Origin: Synechococcus elongatus PCC 6301
GTDB lineage: Bacteria > Cyanobacteriota > Cyanobacteriia > Synechococcales > Synechococcaceae
Length of the DNA: 32,000 bases
Reading direction: 5' to 3'
NCBI RefSeq assembly: GCF_000010065.1
Contig: NC_006576.1
Span: forward strand, 1,620,001 to 1,652,000
The first letter of the stretch is position 1. Each line of letters begins with the position of its first letter. The notes beneath the pieces were generated by a model. That model saw only the letters and a program-made list of their open reading frames with translations. It was not told the origin of the DNA and ran no database searches. Below are positions 17,978 to 27,080 of the stretch, one piece after another. Made by a program: the position numbers and the translations under genes.

Positions 17978-19408
17978 TCAGATGTTAGCATGCGGTTTTG
18001 CCTCATCGGACGCTGCAGGTTGCGGCGATCGCAATTGTCGAATTTCGATAAATTCCAACCGTGGCCCTTCTGCGATCGCCACGCGAATCTGACAATCCTG
18101 AAAGTCAAAGCCTTCACCGGCTTCGGGAATTTTCTGTAACTGCGCTACGACAAATCCACCCAAGGTGTTGTACTCCTCTTCGAGGGGAAGATCCAGTCCT
18201 AAGCGCTCATTGACGGTCTCAATGTCCGTTTGAGCCTGAACCAGCACGGTTTGGTCGTCAATCCGCCGAAACTGTTCATTCTCCTCAGCGTCTTGCTCTT
18301 CATCGCCGAGAATTTCCGCCAGAATGTCCTGCAAGGTCACCAGACCTTCGGTGCCGCCAAACTCATCGACCACAATCGCCATCGGTAGGGGCGATCGCTG
18401 CATCTGGGGCAGTAACTCTTTTAGGGAGAGGCCTTCCGGGACAAAACGGGCTGGTTGCACCCAGGCTTTGACAGGACTGCTGGGCTGAAGTTCGCCGCTG
18501 GCCATCGGCACCGCCAAAGCACGAAAGTCGATCAGGCCTAAGACTTGGTCAAGGCTGTCTCTGATCACGGGAAAGCAAGCATGGCCGGATTCCTGAATCG
18601 CAGCCAAAAGATCGAGGAAGGTGGCGTCTTCTTCTAGCGCCACAATCCGGGTGCGTGGCACCATCACTTCGCCAGCGGTGATTTCACCAAACTCAATCAC
18701 ATTACTGAGAATCTGCCGTTCTTCTGCTTCTAAGCCTGTCGATTCAGCTGCAGATTGAATGATCCACTGCAGCTCCTCTGGGGTGACGCTGCTATACCAG
18801 CGCTGCTGGCTATAGTCGATGCCGAAGAGTCCCAGCAGGCATCGGGTCGAGCCGTTCAATAGGCTGATCACCGGCGCAAAAATCTGGGCGATCGCAATGC
18901 TTGGTGGACCTAAGAGGCGGGCCATCTGTTCTGGGTAGATCAGTGCGACTGCCTTGGGACAGAGTTCACCTAGGACGATCTGGAGATAGACCAGCAGGGC
19001 AAAGGCGAGGGGGATCGCCAGGACATGGCTGAGCGGTTCTGGCCCGATCGCGGGTAGCGGCAGTTGCTCGAGTGCCTGACGAATCAGAACGGCGATCGTT
19101 GATTCTCCGACCCAGCCGAGGGCTAAACTCGCCAGCGTAATTCCTAGCTGTGTGGTCGAGAGCAGTCGATCAATGCTGCGCTGTAGTCGTTCCACCATGC
19201 GAGCGGGAACGTCGCCTTCCTGGGCGAGTTGATTAATCCGCGATCGCCGGACGTAGACGATCGCAAACTCCGCAGTCACAAAGAAGGCATTGATGACAAT
19301 TAGCAGCACGATCGCAGCTCCCCGCCAGAGCCAAGCGCTCAGTGGTAGATCGGGGCTTGCGGCGATCGCGGCAGTCAAGTCAGGGGTAGGGGCAGGCAGA
19401 GGATCCAT
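17978..19408 (-). CDS. Membrane protein with DUF21, CBS pair and CorC/HlyC C-terminal domain (CNNM/hemolysin-like)
   Basis: NAFFVTAEFAIVYVRRSRI, TTQLGITLASLALGWVGE, EITAGEVMVPRTRIVALE, MAIVVDEFGGTEGLVTLQDILAEILGD, EYNTLGGFVVAQL. Confidence 0.92.
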   Translation of the reverse strand: MDPLPAPTPDLTAAIAASPDLPLSAWLWRGAAIVLLIVINAFFVTAEFAIVYVRRSRINQLAQEGDVPARMVERLQRSIDRLLSTTQLGITLASLALGWVGESTIAVLIRQALEQLPLPAIGPEPLSHVLAIPLAFALLVYLQIVLGELCPKAVALIYPEQMARLLGPPSIAIAQIFAPVISLLNGSTRCLLGLFGIDYSQQRWYSSVTPEELQWIIQSAAESTGLEAEERQILSNVIEFGEITAGEVMVPRTRIVALEEDATFLDLLAAIQESGHACFPVIRDSLDQVLGLIDFRALAVPMASGELQPSSPVKAWVQPARFVPEGLSLKELLPQMQRSPLPMAIVVDEFGGTEGLVTLQDILAEILGDEEQDAEENEQFRRIDDQTVLVQAQTDIETVNERLGLDLPLEEEYNTLGGFVVAQLQKIPEAGEGFDFQDCQIRVAIAEGPRLEFIEIRQLRSPQPAASDEAKPHANI

Positions 19409-19414
19409 AACCAG

Positions 19415-20026
19415 CTATTCGTTCAACGCCGGAAGTGGCACCGGCACACTGCTGCTGGGACTGCCCAGCCAGTGCAGGGTCAATCCTGTTAGGGAACCTT
19501 CCATCAGACTTTCAGCAGCTGTCAACTCTAGGGTGAGGGGTGCATTGGCGCGATCGAGCTGAGCCGGCAAGGTGACTGCCAGCGGAGCCCGATTGCCTTG
19601 GCGATTCATTAGCTCAAACCGACCTGCGAGTAAGTCCACTGGCTGATCGTCAGCCGGTTCTAGGCGAACTTGCAAGCGCAGTTGTCCGGCTCGACGTTCC
19701 ACTGTCTCTAGGCTCAACAGCAGTTCACCCCTCGGGGCTGCGGAGCGATCGCCGCTGTTTTCTGCAGGATCGCGATCGGCGGTAGTATTGCGCTGCGACT
19801 GCTGGAGCGCTTGGATCCGTTTGAGAATGGCTTGCTCTGAGAGAAAGTTAGCGGCTTCAGTGGCTGGCAAAACGCGGGTGGCGAGGGGCGCTGTTTCGGG
19901 CGCACGCACCCCAGCCAGCGAGCGCTGACCGATTGTCCAGCCGACCAGGGCACCCACCACGACCCCAATGCTGCCAATCACCAACAACCACTGACTGTTG
20001 GGTGGCAGGCGCTGCAGGCGTGACAT
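19415..20026 (-). CDS. Hypothetical membrane-anchored or exported protein
   Basis: ATG at 20026 gives MSRLQRLPPNSQWLLVIGSIGVVVGALVGWTIGQ (N-terminal TM). The tracked start at 20143 falls inside the tRNA anticodon arm and is rejected. Confidence 0.6.
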   Translation of the reverse strand: MSRLQRLPPNSQWLLVIGSIGVVVGALVGWTIGQRSLAGVRAPETAPLATRVLPATEAANFLSEQAILKRIQALQQSQRNTTADRDPAENSGDRSAAPRGELLLSLETVERRAGQLRLQVRLEPADDQPVDLLAGRFELMNRQGNRAPLAVTLPAQLDRANAPLTLELTAAESLMEGSLTGLTLHWLGSPSSSVPVPLPALNE

Positions 20027-20107
20027 TGGCGATCGCGGGTCAACTTGGCCCAAGCAAAAAGTCCTAGGATTTCGCGAGCATTGACCGCTAGTATGGTAGC
20101 GAAATCT

Positions 20108-20180
20108 CCAGGGTTGGCCGAGCGGATTAGGCAGCGAACTCATAATTCGCTTTAGGCGGGTTCAACTCCTGCACCCTGGA
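20108..20180 (+). tRNA. tRNA with anticodon CAT, probably tRNA-Ile2 (lysidine-modified) rather than tRNA-Met
   Basis: Acceptor CCAGGGT/ACCCTGG plus A73; D arm GCC-GAGCGGATTA-GGC; anticodon arm GCGAA-CTCATAA-TTCGC; variable TTTAG; T arm GCGGG-TTCAACT-CCTGC. 73 nt, no encoded CCA. Arrangement resembles plastid trnI-CAU. Confidence 0.9.
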
Positions 20181-20224
20181 TTCTGACTTCACAGACTGAC
20201 TCCCGCGAGACTATCGCCTCGGCT

Positions 20225-20761
20225 TTAGAACAGAGCCCGAACGGGCGGCGGCGGCAGGGGACGTTGGAAGGCAGGGGCTGGCTGGAAGACCGGAACTACT
20301 GGCGTAGGCTGTGCGAGCGGTTGCGGCAGCAGCGAAAGCGAGGTGTCGAAGGGGTTGTTCGCATCCGCCACGCGCAGCACGGGATCATCAGAGGTTTGGC
20401 GATCTTGACCCCAGCGTGTTAGGTCGTTGACGGCAGCGCCATCGCGACGAATCCGTTCTTCAGGGAAGCCCCCGAAGCCCAGAATGTCGTTGATGTTCCA
20501 CCAGAGATTGGTGCCGTTGAAATAATAGGGTGAGTTCCAGAAGTAGGCCCGATTGAAGGCATCATCCAAGGGCACAGGTGGAGCACCCGGCGGGGTGACC
20601 GCAGGTGGCGTAACTACCTGATAGGGCTGATAGGGAACCGCTGCCGGCGCTTGCTGAGCTTGGCTGGCAGGTGCTGCGATCGCTCCCAGCACGACTGTGC
20701 TGAGTAGCGCCAGAGTTCGTGGACAAGAACGCAACTGAGCCATCACACTGCACACCGCCAT
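20225..20761 (-). CDS. Proline-rich exported hypothetical protein
   Basis: Signal-like hydrophobic segment TLALLSTVVLGAIAAPASQAQQ, proline-rich C-terminus PVVPVFQPAPAFQRPLPPPPVRALF; typical codon usage. Confidence 0.55.
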   Translation of the reverse strand: MAVCSVMAQLRSCPRTLALLSTVVLGAIAAPASQAQQAPAAVPYQPYQVVTPPAVTPPGAPPVPLDDAFNRAYFWNSPYYFNGTNLWWNINDILGFGGFPEERIRRDGAAVNDLTRWGQDRQTSDDPVLRVADANNPFDTSLSLLPQPLAQPTPVVPVFQPAPAFQRPLPPPPVRALF

Positions 20762-20860
20762 AGAGCTTTGCCTCTAGCTTAGAAGGCTTCTCGCATTTTG
20801 CCAGAGGGGAAAGAGAAATGTTAGCCGATAGAATCAACAAGTGCCGCTTCTTTCAATGGA

Positions 20861-21469
20861 ATGATGCTGATCTCCGATTCCAGCTGGGCTGTTCAGGCAG
20901 ATTTACCCCGGTTGCACGATTTGCTCCTCGATCTGCTCTGCGATCGCCCCTATCGCGAAGGAGATTTTTTGCTGTCTTCCGGCCAGCGCAGCACTTATTA
21001 CATCAATGGCAAACAAGTGACGCTGCATCCCCAAGGGGCTGTCGCCGTCGGACGCTTGCTTGCTGCGCGCCTGCCCCAGGAAATTACAGCAGTAGCGGGC
21101 CTTACCTTGAGGGCTGATCCGATCGTAACGGCGGTCAGTGTGGTTGCCGCCTACGCTGGTCGCGATCTGACACCGTTGATTGTGCGCAAGGAAGCCAAAG
21201 GGCATGGCACTCAGGCTTATATCGAAGGGCCAGAACTACCCGCTGGAACCGCGATCGCTGTCCTCGAAGATGTGGTGACAACCGGAGGATCCGCTCTGAA
21301 GGCAGTCACTCGCTTGCGGGATGCCGGCTACGTGGTCGATCGCGTGCTTGCTTTGGTCGATCGACAGCAGGGCGGGGCCGAACTCTATGCCCAAGAAGGC
21401 CTAATCTTTGATGTGCTCTATCGCATCCCCGATCTGCAGCAGCGCTACCGGGCATTGGCAGCGGATTAA
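20861..21469 (+). CDS. pyrE: Orotate phosphoribosyltransferase
   Basis: GDFLLSSGQRSTYYINGKQVTLHPQG, LIVRKEAKGHGTQAYIEGP, IAVLEDVVTTGGSALKAVTRLRDAG (PRPP-binding motif). Confidence 0.93.
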   Translation: MMLISDSSWAVQADLPRLHDLLLDLLCDRPYREGDFLLSSGQRSTYYINGKQVTLHPQGAVAVGRLLAARLPQEITAVAGLTLRADPIVTAVSVVAAYAGRDLTPLIVRKEAKGHGTQAYIEGPELPAGTAIAVLEDVVTTGGSALKAVTRLRDAGYVVDRVLALVDRQQGGAELYAQEGLIFDVLYRIPDLQQRYRALAAD

Positions 21470-21512
21470 TTAGTCAGGCGCAGCCTCCGTTAGGGCGCTC
21501 CTGATCCCCACA

Positions 21513-22181
21513 TTACGATCGCGGTGTAGCCAATCGACTGTCGCAGATTACTTGCTGCTCACCGCGATTGGGGCGACTGACGACGCCAATCATGATGGAA
21601 GCGAGGCGTTGTGACTCGGATAGATCAGCCTGCACGGCGGCTGTGTGGTTGCGATTGGCCGCGATCGCCCTACAAATTTCGGATGTTGTGTTGAGATTGA
21701 CTTGATTGGCAACACCATCGATCAGCAGATCACCAAATTGGCTGGAGTTTTCGGTGTAGCGCCCCTCTGAATTGAAGCTTGGGCCACAGCGGTAAATGGC
21801 ATGAGGACCTTGCCAGATATGCTGGGGCGTGATGGCTTGAACTGCATAGGTCACGGTGTAGAGTCCCCCACTGGGGCGCGGGATTTCCAAACTCAGAATC
21901 GGTTTGCGAGTGCTTGTATTGCATTGAGCTGTGGCCGTGAGATCTGCATTGAGAACAATGCGGCGCGATTGATGCATTTCACTACTCATAAAATCCAGTG
22001 CTAGACCCAGTTGATTGCGCTGTTTGGCCAGTTCAGCAGCGCGGCGATCGCTACTTAAGTTGGTTTTAAGAACAAAGCCCCCAGCCAACACGATGATCAG
22101 TCCGAGCAGACCACTGACCAATAGCTCTGAGACCGTAAAACCTGCTGTACTAAGATTCTGGCGACATCCTTTGCAAATCAT
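21513..22181 (-). CDS. Type IV prepilin-like protein (minor pilin, PilW-like)
   Basis: TAGFTVSELLVSGLLGLIIVLAGGFVLKT, a class III prepilin signal with Glu5. May correspond to S. elongatus pilW (recall, unverified). Confidence 0.75.
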   Translation of the reverse strand: MICKGCRQNLSTAGFTVSELLVSGLLGLIIVLAGGFVLKTNLSSDRRAAELAKQRNQLGLALDFMSSEMHQSRRIVLNADLTATAQCNTSTRKPILSLEIPRPSGGLYTVTYAVQAITPQHIWQGPHAIYRCGPSFNSEGRYTENSSQFGDLLIDGVANQVNLNTTSEICRAIAANRNHTAAVQADLSESQRLASIMIGVVSRPNRGEQQVICDSRLATPRS

Positions 22182-22693
22182 GAACCACCATCCTTGACGC
22201 AGGTATTTTGTTGAATTGTGCCGAGGCGTATCACGCCGAGGGGTTGTGAGAGCACCAAGCAGCGTGTGGTGTTAGTCCAGGCATGGCTAAACCGCAACGT
22301 GCCGTTGCTGCTGGGGGTCGTGGTGGCAACAGGAGAAAAAGTGACACTGGCTAAGCTGCCGCTGACTGTGACACCAAGGTCAAAACCCATGCCTGAGTCA
22401 CTGAGCGATCGCCCCATACTGACCAGACAATCGGGAGGATTGGCGGTAGCGAGATTATTGGCAAAAGTGACTTGACAGGTGCGATTGGTTCGTTGGGCCT
22501 CACGCTTGAGAATCATTAACTGGGCTTGGGCATTGGTTTGAGCGAGCCGAGTGGCATAATCGCCCCACATACCCGCCATCGATGGAAAGGAAACAGCCGC
22601 AAGAATGGTGCTAATCGTGAGGGCTGTTAGGGTTTCAACGACGGTGAAGCCCGACTGAATTTGAGCGCGCGAGGCAGGAGTTTGCAGGTCCAT
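22178..22693 (-). CDS. Type IV prepilin-like protein (GspH/FimT type minor pilin)
   Basis: SGFTVVETLTALTISTILAAVSFPSMAGMW; GspH-like length and C-terminus; overlaps the downstream prepilin gene by 4 nt. May correspond to S. elongatus pilA3 (recall, unverified). Confidence 0.78.
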   Translation of the reverse strand: MDLQTPASRAQIQSGFTVVETLTALTISTILAAVSFPSMAGMWGDYATRLAQTNAQAQLMILKREAQRTNRTCQVTFANNLATANPPDCLVSMGRSLSDSGMGFDLGVTVSGSLASVTFSPVATTTPSSNGTLRFSHAWTNTTRCLVLSQPLGVIRLGTIQQNTCVKDGGS

Positions 22694-22790
22694 CGTGGGC
22701 CCCTAGCAGCTTGACTGATTTCAAGTGTCTGCGCGGGAAGATAATGACCAAAAGGACTAAAATTTTTCCTTCCGGATCATGAGATTTTTG

Positions 22791-22812
22791 TTCATTAATT
22801 CTTAGTAATGAA
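22791..22812. repeat. AT-rich inverted repeat in the prepilin/comB intergenic region
   Basis: TTCATTA (22791-22797), 8-nt spacer, TAATGAA (22806-22812): perfect 7-bp arms. Confidence 0.45.
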
Positions 22813-22937
22813 TAATGATTACCTGCTTTTGTTTCATCAGGTTCTCAGGTTTTTACTCTAGGAAGACTGAGATTGATGCTGATGGCGATAGTTGAACTCT
22901 CGTTGTTTCCACTGCTCAGAGTTGCGATCGCAGCTGA

Positions 22938-23723
22938 CTAGGCGACGCTTGTTTCTTGTGGCACAGCGCTGGCGAGAGGAGCGGACATCAAAACGCCAGG
23001 CTCGCCTTGCTTCGGCAGTACCTGCAAAATGTCTACGCGACTGCAATAGTCAAGGTCTGCCTCGCATTTGAGTCGCAGCAAGCGTTGGCCATGGCTCGCT
23101 TGGCAAAGTAGGCCGTAGAGATTGTGCTCCCAGTGTTGGTAGAGGGCGATCGCGGCCAACATTTCGTCATTGCCCAGCTGAATCTGTGATTGCAAAGGAG
23201 CAGCGATCGCCCCAGCACAGACGCTGTCTTCGAGGGCATAACTTCCTTCCCAACCGGAACCGACAATCCAAACGGTTTCCGGCTGTTCACGCTTCAAAAA
23301 ATCAACGACTGCCTGTCGATTGACAAGGGCAGCCGCAATTACTGTCTTGGCTTGTTGGATGCGGGTGAGCGATCGCGTGCCGTTGGTGGTGCTGATGAAC
23401 AGTCGGCGATCGCGAAAGCGTTCAGGAGTCACTTCCAAGGGTGAATTGCCGAAGTCAAACCCCTCCACCTGCTTGCCGCCGCGTTCTCCAGCTCGGAGGC
23501 GGCGCTCCGCTGGCCATGCCTCACTCTGGACCCGCAGAGTATCTAGGTCGCTAAACACCTGTACTGCCTCTGCCCCAGCATCCAGTGCGGTTGCAATCGT
23601 AGAGGTTGCCCGCAGTACGTCGATCGCGATCGCACAATCCGGCGTTTCTGTGTGGGGAACCAGTTCGGGGGTGTGGAAGTAGAAAAGCTTCACAGCAGAC
23701 TTGGCGACAGAGTTGCTCTCCAT
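22938..23723 (-). CDS. comB: 2-phosphosulfolactate phosphatase family (ComB-like)
   Basis: [72 protein letters not shown]. Tracked ORF extends to 23750. Confidence 0.85.
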   Translation of the reverse strand: MESNSVAKSAVKLFYFHTPELVPHTETPDCAIAIDVLRATSTIATALDAGAEAVQVFSDLDTLRVQSEAWPAERRLRAGERGGKQVEGFDFGNSPLEVTPERFRDRRLFISTTNGTRSLTRIQQAKTVIAAALVNRQAVVDFLKREQPETVWIVGSGWEGSYALEDSVCAGAIAAPLQSQIQLGNDEMLAAIALYQHWEHNLYGLLCQASHGQRLLRLKCEADLDYCSRVDILQVLPKQGEPGVLMSAPLASAVPQETSVA

Positions 23724-23853
23724 TTTCGGACATCTCTTCCGGTCTGCCACAAAGAATCCTCAACTTTGATGATTGACACAAGGGTCAGAGCGATCGCCGC
23801 ACCGTCCTCGACGCGAAACTGCCAATAATGGTCAGAGACGCCCAGGACTCACC

Positions 23854-25374
23854 ATGCCGAGAGATTTACGCGGATTTCTCAAGTTGCTCGAAGAACGCGG
23901 CCAGCTCCGCCGGATTACGGCGCCCGTCGATTCTGATCTGGAGATCGCGGAGATTTCTAACCGCCTCTTGGCAGCGGGTGGCCCTGCCCTGCTATTCGAA
24001 AACGTCAAAGGCACGGATTGGCCGGTGGCCGTCAATCTCCTCGGCACCGTCGAGCGGGTTTGCTGGGCGATGAACTTCGAGGAGCCCAAGCAGCTCGAGG
24101 ATTTGGGCCGCAAGCTCGGCATGCTCCAGCAACCGAAGCCACCGAAGAAAATCTCGCAGGCGGTGGAGTTCGGCAAAGTGCTCTTCAGCTTGGTGCGTGC
24201 GAAACCTCAGCGCGATTTGTTGCCGCCCTGCCATCAAGTTGTGCTCAAGGGAGATGAGGTCAACCTCGATCGCATCCCAATGATTCGACCCTATCCCGGT
24301 GATGCGGGCAAAATCATCACCCTCGGCTTGGTAATTACTAAGGATCCTGAGACGGGGACGCCGAACGTCGGCGTTTACCGGCTGCAACAGCAGTCAGTCA
24401 ATACGATGACCGTGCATTGGCTCTCAGTGCGGGGCGGCGCCCGTCACTTGCGCAAAGCAGCGGAGCGCGGCCAGAAGTTAGAAGTTGCGATCGCCCTTGG
24501 GGTGGATCCACTGATCCTGATGGCAGCGGCGACCCCAATTCCCGTCGATCTGTCCGAGTGGCTCTTTGCCGGACTCTATGGCGGCAGCGGCGTTCATTTG
24601 GCCAAGTGCAAAACTGTCGATCTGGAAGTGCCCGCCGATTCCGAGATTGTCCTCGAAGGCACGATTACGCCGGGGGAAGTGCTGCCCGATGGGCCGTTTG
24701 GCGACCACATGGGCTATTACGGCGTGGTCGAAGATTCACCGCTGGTGCGCTTCCATTGCCTGACCCATCGGCGCGACCCGATTTATCTGACGACCTTTAG
24801 CGGTCGCCCACCGAAGGAAGAGGCAATGATGGCGATCGCGCTCAACCGCATCTACACGCCGATTCTGCGCCAGCAAGTGCCGGAGATCGTCGATTTCTTC
24901 CTGCCGATGGAAGCCCTGAGCTATAAGGCCGCGGTGATCAGTATCGATAAAGCCTACCCGGGCCAAGCGCGCCGCGCGGCGCTCGCCTTTTGGAGTGCGC
25001 TGCCGCAGTTCACTTACACGAAGTTTGTAATTGTTGTCGATCGCGAGATCAACATCCGCGATCCGCGCCAAGTGATTTGGGCGGTGACTTCCAAAGTGGA
25101 TCCCGAGCGTGACGTCTTCATCCTGCCAGAAACACCGTTTGATACCCTCGACTTTGCAAGTCCAAAACTCGGTCTTGGTAGCCGCATGGGTATCGATGCC
25201 ACCACCAAGGTCTATCCCGAAACCGATCACCAGTGGGGTGAACCGCTGCGATCGGATCCAGCGATCGCGGAGCAAGTCACGCAGCGCTGGGCGGAATATG
25301 GTCTGGCCGATCTGAAGTTGGACGAGGTTGATCCCAACCGCTTTGGCTACGAAATGCCCCCTATCCGGTCTTAG
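23854..25374 (+). CDS. ubiD: UbiD family decarboxylase
   Basis: MPRDLRGFLKLLEERGQLRRI, PALLFENVKG, PFGDHMGYYGVVEDSPLVRFHCLTHRRDPIY, PKEEAMMAIALNRIYTPILRQQVPEI. Confidence 0.88.
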   Translation: MPRDLRGFLKLLEERGQLRRITAPVDSDLEIAEISNRLLAAGGPALLFENVKGTDWPVAVNLLGTVERVCWAMNFEEPKQLEDLGRKLGMLQQPKPPKKISQAVEFGKVLFSLVRAKPQRDLLPPCHQVVLKGDEVNLDRIPMIRPYPGDAGKIITLGLVITKDPETGTPNVGVYRLQQQSVNTMTVHWLSVRGGARHLRKAAERGQKLEVAIALGVDPLILMAAATPIPVDLSEWLFAGLYGGSGVHLAKCKTVDLEVPADSEIVLEGTITPGEVLPDGPFGDHMGYYGVVEDSPLVRFHCLTHRRDPIYLTTFSGRPPKEEAMMAIALNRIYTPILRQQVPEIVDFFLPMEALSYKAAVISIDKAYPGQARRAALAFWSALPQFTYTKFVIVVDREINIRDPRQVIWAVTSKVDPERDVFILPETPFDTLDFASPKLGLGSRMGIDATTKVYPETDHQWGEPLRSDPAIAEQVTQRWAEYGLADLKLDEVDPNRFGYEMPPIRS

Positions 25375-25392
25375 TGCCGACCAGTTGAATCC

Positions 25393-25920
25393 ATGAGACG
25401 TCTGGATCTGTCGCAGCGGCGTAAACCAAGGGGGATTCCTCGCCGCCTGCGATCGCTTAACTACTGGGCCGATCGCTTTGTCACCCTGCCGCTACCGACT
25501 CCTGAGGATTGTGGCGACAGTGGTTTTTGGAACTGGAAGTTGCCGGTAATCGGCTCCCTAGCCAATCACCCCAGCCCCCGCTTGCGATCGCAATGCTTGC
25601 AAGCCTTAATTCGGGCTGCCGACAACTTGGCCCAGCAAACCCAAGCGGCTGAAGCAGACTGTTATGTTGCCTGTCTGATTGAGTTGCCCTACCTCTTCGG
25701 GAGTGAAGTGACGCTGTTCTATAGCCGCAGCTACTATCGCAGTTTCTATGGCGATCGTCATGCCCTCGCACCGCGATCGCTGGCACAGGAATACGGTCTG
25801 CAAATTCCGGCTGGCTGGGTTGAGCGTGGCTTTGATGTGACGCAACCAGAACAGCGAGGGCCGGTTGAATGGTGGGTGGTTGGTCAACTGCTTGAAAGCG
25901 ATAAGTCAGCCAAATCATGA
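25393..25920 (+). CDS. Conserved hypothetical protein
   Basis: 175-aa ORF directly downstream of the ubiD-like gene, same strand, with HIP1-compatible codon usage; family not recognised with confidence. Confidence 0.6.
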   Translation: MRRLDLSQRRKPRGIPRRLRSLNYWADRFVTLPLPTPEDCGDSGFWNWKLPVIGSLANHPSPRLRSQCLQALIRAADNLAQQTQAAEADCYVACLIELPYLFGSEVTLFYSRSYYRSFYGDRHALAPRSLAQEYGLQIPAGWVERGFDVTQPEQRGPVEWWVVGQLLESDKSAKS

Positions 25921-25993
25921 CCAAGGCTCTAAAGCTGTCGAGCCATAAAACTGCCGCTATCTAAGGCTGCTGTTATCTATTTCAGAATAGATA

Positions 25994-26431
25994 TCACTCA
26001 AAAATGACCATATTGAGAGTATCTAATGGAGCTGAGAAAATATAGTAGATCACGCCAATCCCCAGAATTAAGATCGTAATACTTGAGAGGATTACCCAGC
26101 GATCGGGTGGGTTATAGGTGTCAAGCTCAATGTCATTTCTGACACCAAAGTAATGTTGGGTCGATAGCAAAACCATCAGCAAGCCAACAATGGAAAAAGC
26201 CAAACCTAGCTTCCAAGCGTTGCCTGGTGCTTGGGGGGCAATCGGAGGCCGCAAAATCCTGAGGCGGACAATGAGAACGCCAAAACCCATTAAAGCGATG
26301 GCACTTCGCATCCAAGCGAGATAGGTGCGTTCATTGGCAAGATGATCGCGAATCCGGTTGAGATTCTGAGGCCGAGTCGGAGACTCACTCACCTTGTCTT
26401 GATTGGTCTCTTTGGAAGAAGAGGAAATCAT
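25994..26431 (-). CDS. DUF202 (YidH-like) small membrane protein
   Basis: RDHLANERTYLAWMRSAIALMGFGVLIVRLRIL plus two further hydrophobic segments. Confidence 0.85.
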   Translation of the reverse strand: MISSSSKETNQDKVSESPTRPQNLNRIRDHLANERTYLAWMRSAIALMGFGVLIVRLRILRPPIAPQAPGNAWKLGLAFSIVGLLMVLLSTQHYFGVRNDIELDTYNPPDRWVILSSITILILGIGVIYYIFSAPLDTLNMVIFE

Positions 26432-26632
26432 AGAAGGCTCGATATCAATAGGAGACTAAAGCCAAATCAACTATCTGCCAGCAAAAGCGCCAGATTTATT
26501 TTCTAGAATACTTTTGAGCGATGGATCTGATGGAGAATCTTGCTATTTTTCTCGTCTATGTTACTGGAACAAACCAGTAACTTCTCAATCAGGATGGTTT
26601 CAGTCAATGGGCATGAGTCAGCTGCAAAAGAG

Positions 26633-27073
26633 ATGAAATTAACCGTCCGTGCCCACTACAGTCTCAAGGCGCTGATTGACCTCTGTCTGCAACCAGAAGA
26701 TGAACCAGTGTCGATGCGGGCGATCGCCCAGCGCCAAAATATTTCGCCGACGCTACTGGAAAAATTACTGGTGGAACTGTGCAAGGCAGGTCTAGTGACC
26801 GCGACCAAAGGACGGCGCGGCGGCTATCAACTGGCTCGACCAGCCGCCAAAATTTCGCTGGCCGATATTCTGGCGGCAGTCGGGGAATTAAGCGATCGCG
26901 ATCGCCAACCCCTTGCTCCCGAAGAAGCGGCGGATTGGGTTTCGCGAGCGATTTGGCAGCGTTTGGATGCGCAATGGCAGGCAACTTTGCGACAAGTCAG
27001 CCTTGCGGATTTGTATTACGACGCCCGTAGTTGGCAGGCTGCCCAAGGTAATGAGATCGAGATTGTGATTTAG
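26633..27073 (+). CDS. Rrf2 family transcriptional regulator
   Basis: MKLTVRAHYSLKALIDLCLQ...VSMRAIAQRQNISPTLLEKLLVELCKAGLVTATKGRRGGYQLARPAAKISLADILAAV. ATG at 26633 preferred over 26540. Confidence 0.88.
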   Translation: MKLTVRAHYSLKALIDLCLQPEDEPVSMRAIAQRQNISPTLLEKLLVELCKAGLVTATKGRRGGYQLARPAAKISLADILAAVGELSDRDRQPLAPEEAADWVSRAIWQRLDAQWQATLRQVSLADLYYDARSWQAAQGNEIEIVI

Positions 27074-27080
27074 GCGATCG

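Noticed and set aside
20027-20143. N-terminal extension of the 19415-20143 ORF
   Set aside because: The ATG is the complement of the tRNA anticodon CAT and the extension runs through the tRNA; ATG at 20026 is followed directly by a TM segment.
24736-25275. 179-aa minus-strand ORF
   Set aside because: Shadow ORF antisense to the well-supported ubiD-like gene.
25481-25924. 147-aa minus-strand ORF
   Set aside because: Low-complexity Ser/Arg translation opposite 25393-25920; less plausible than the plus-strand frame.
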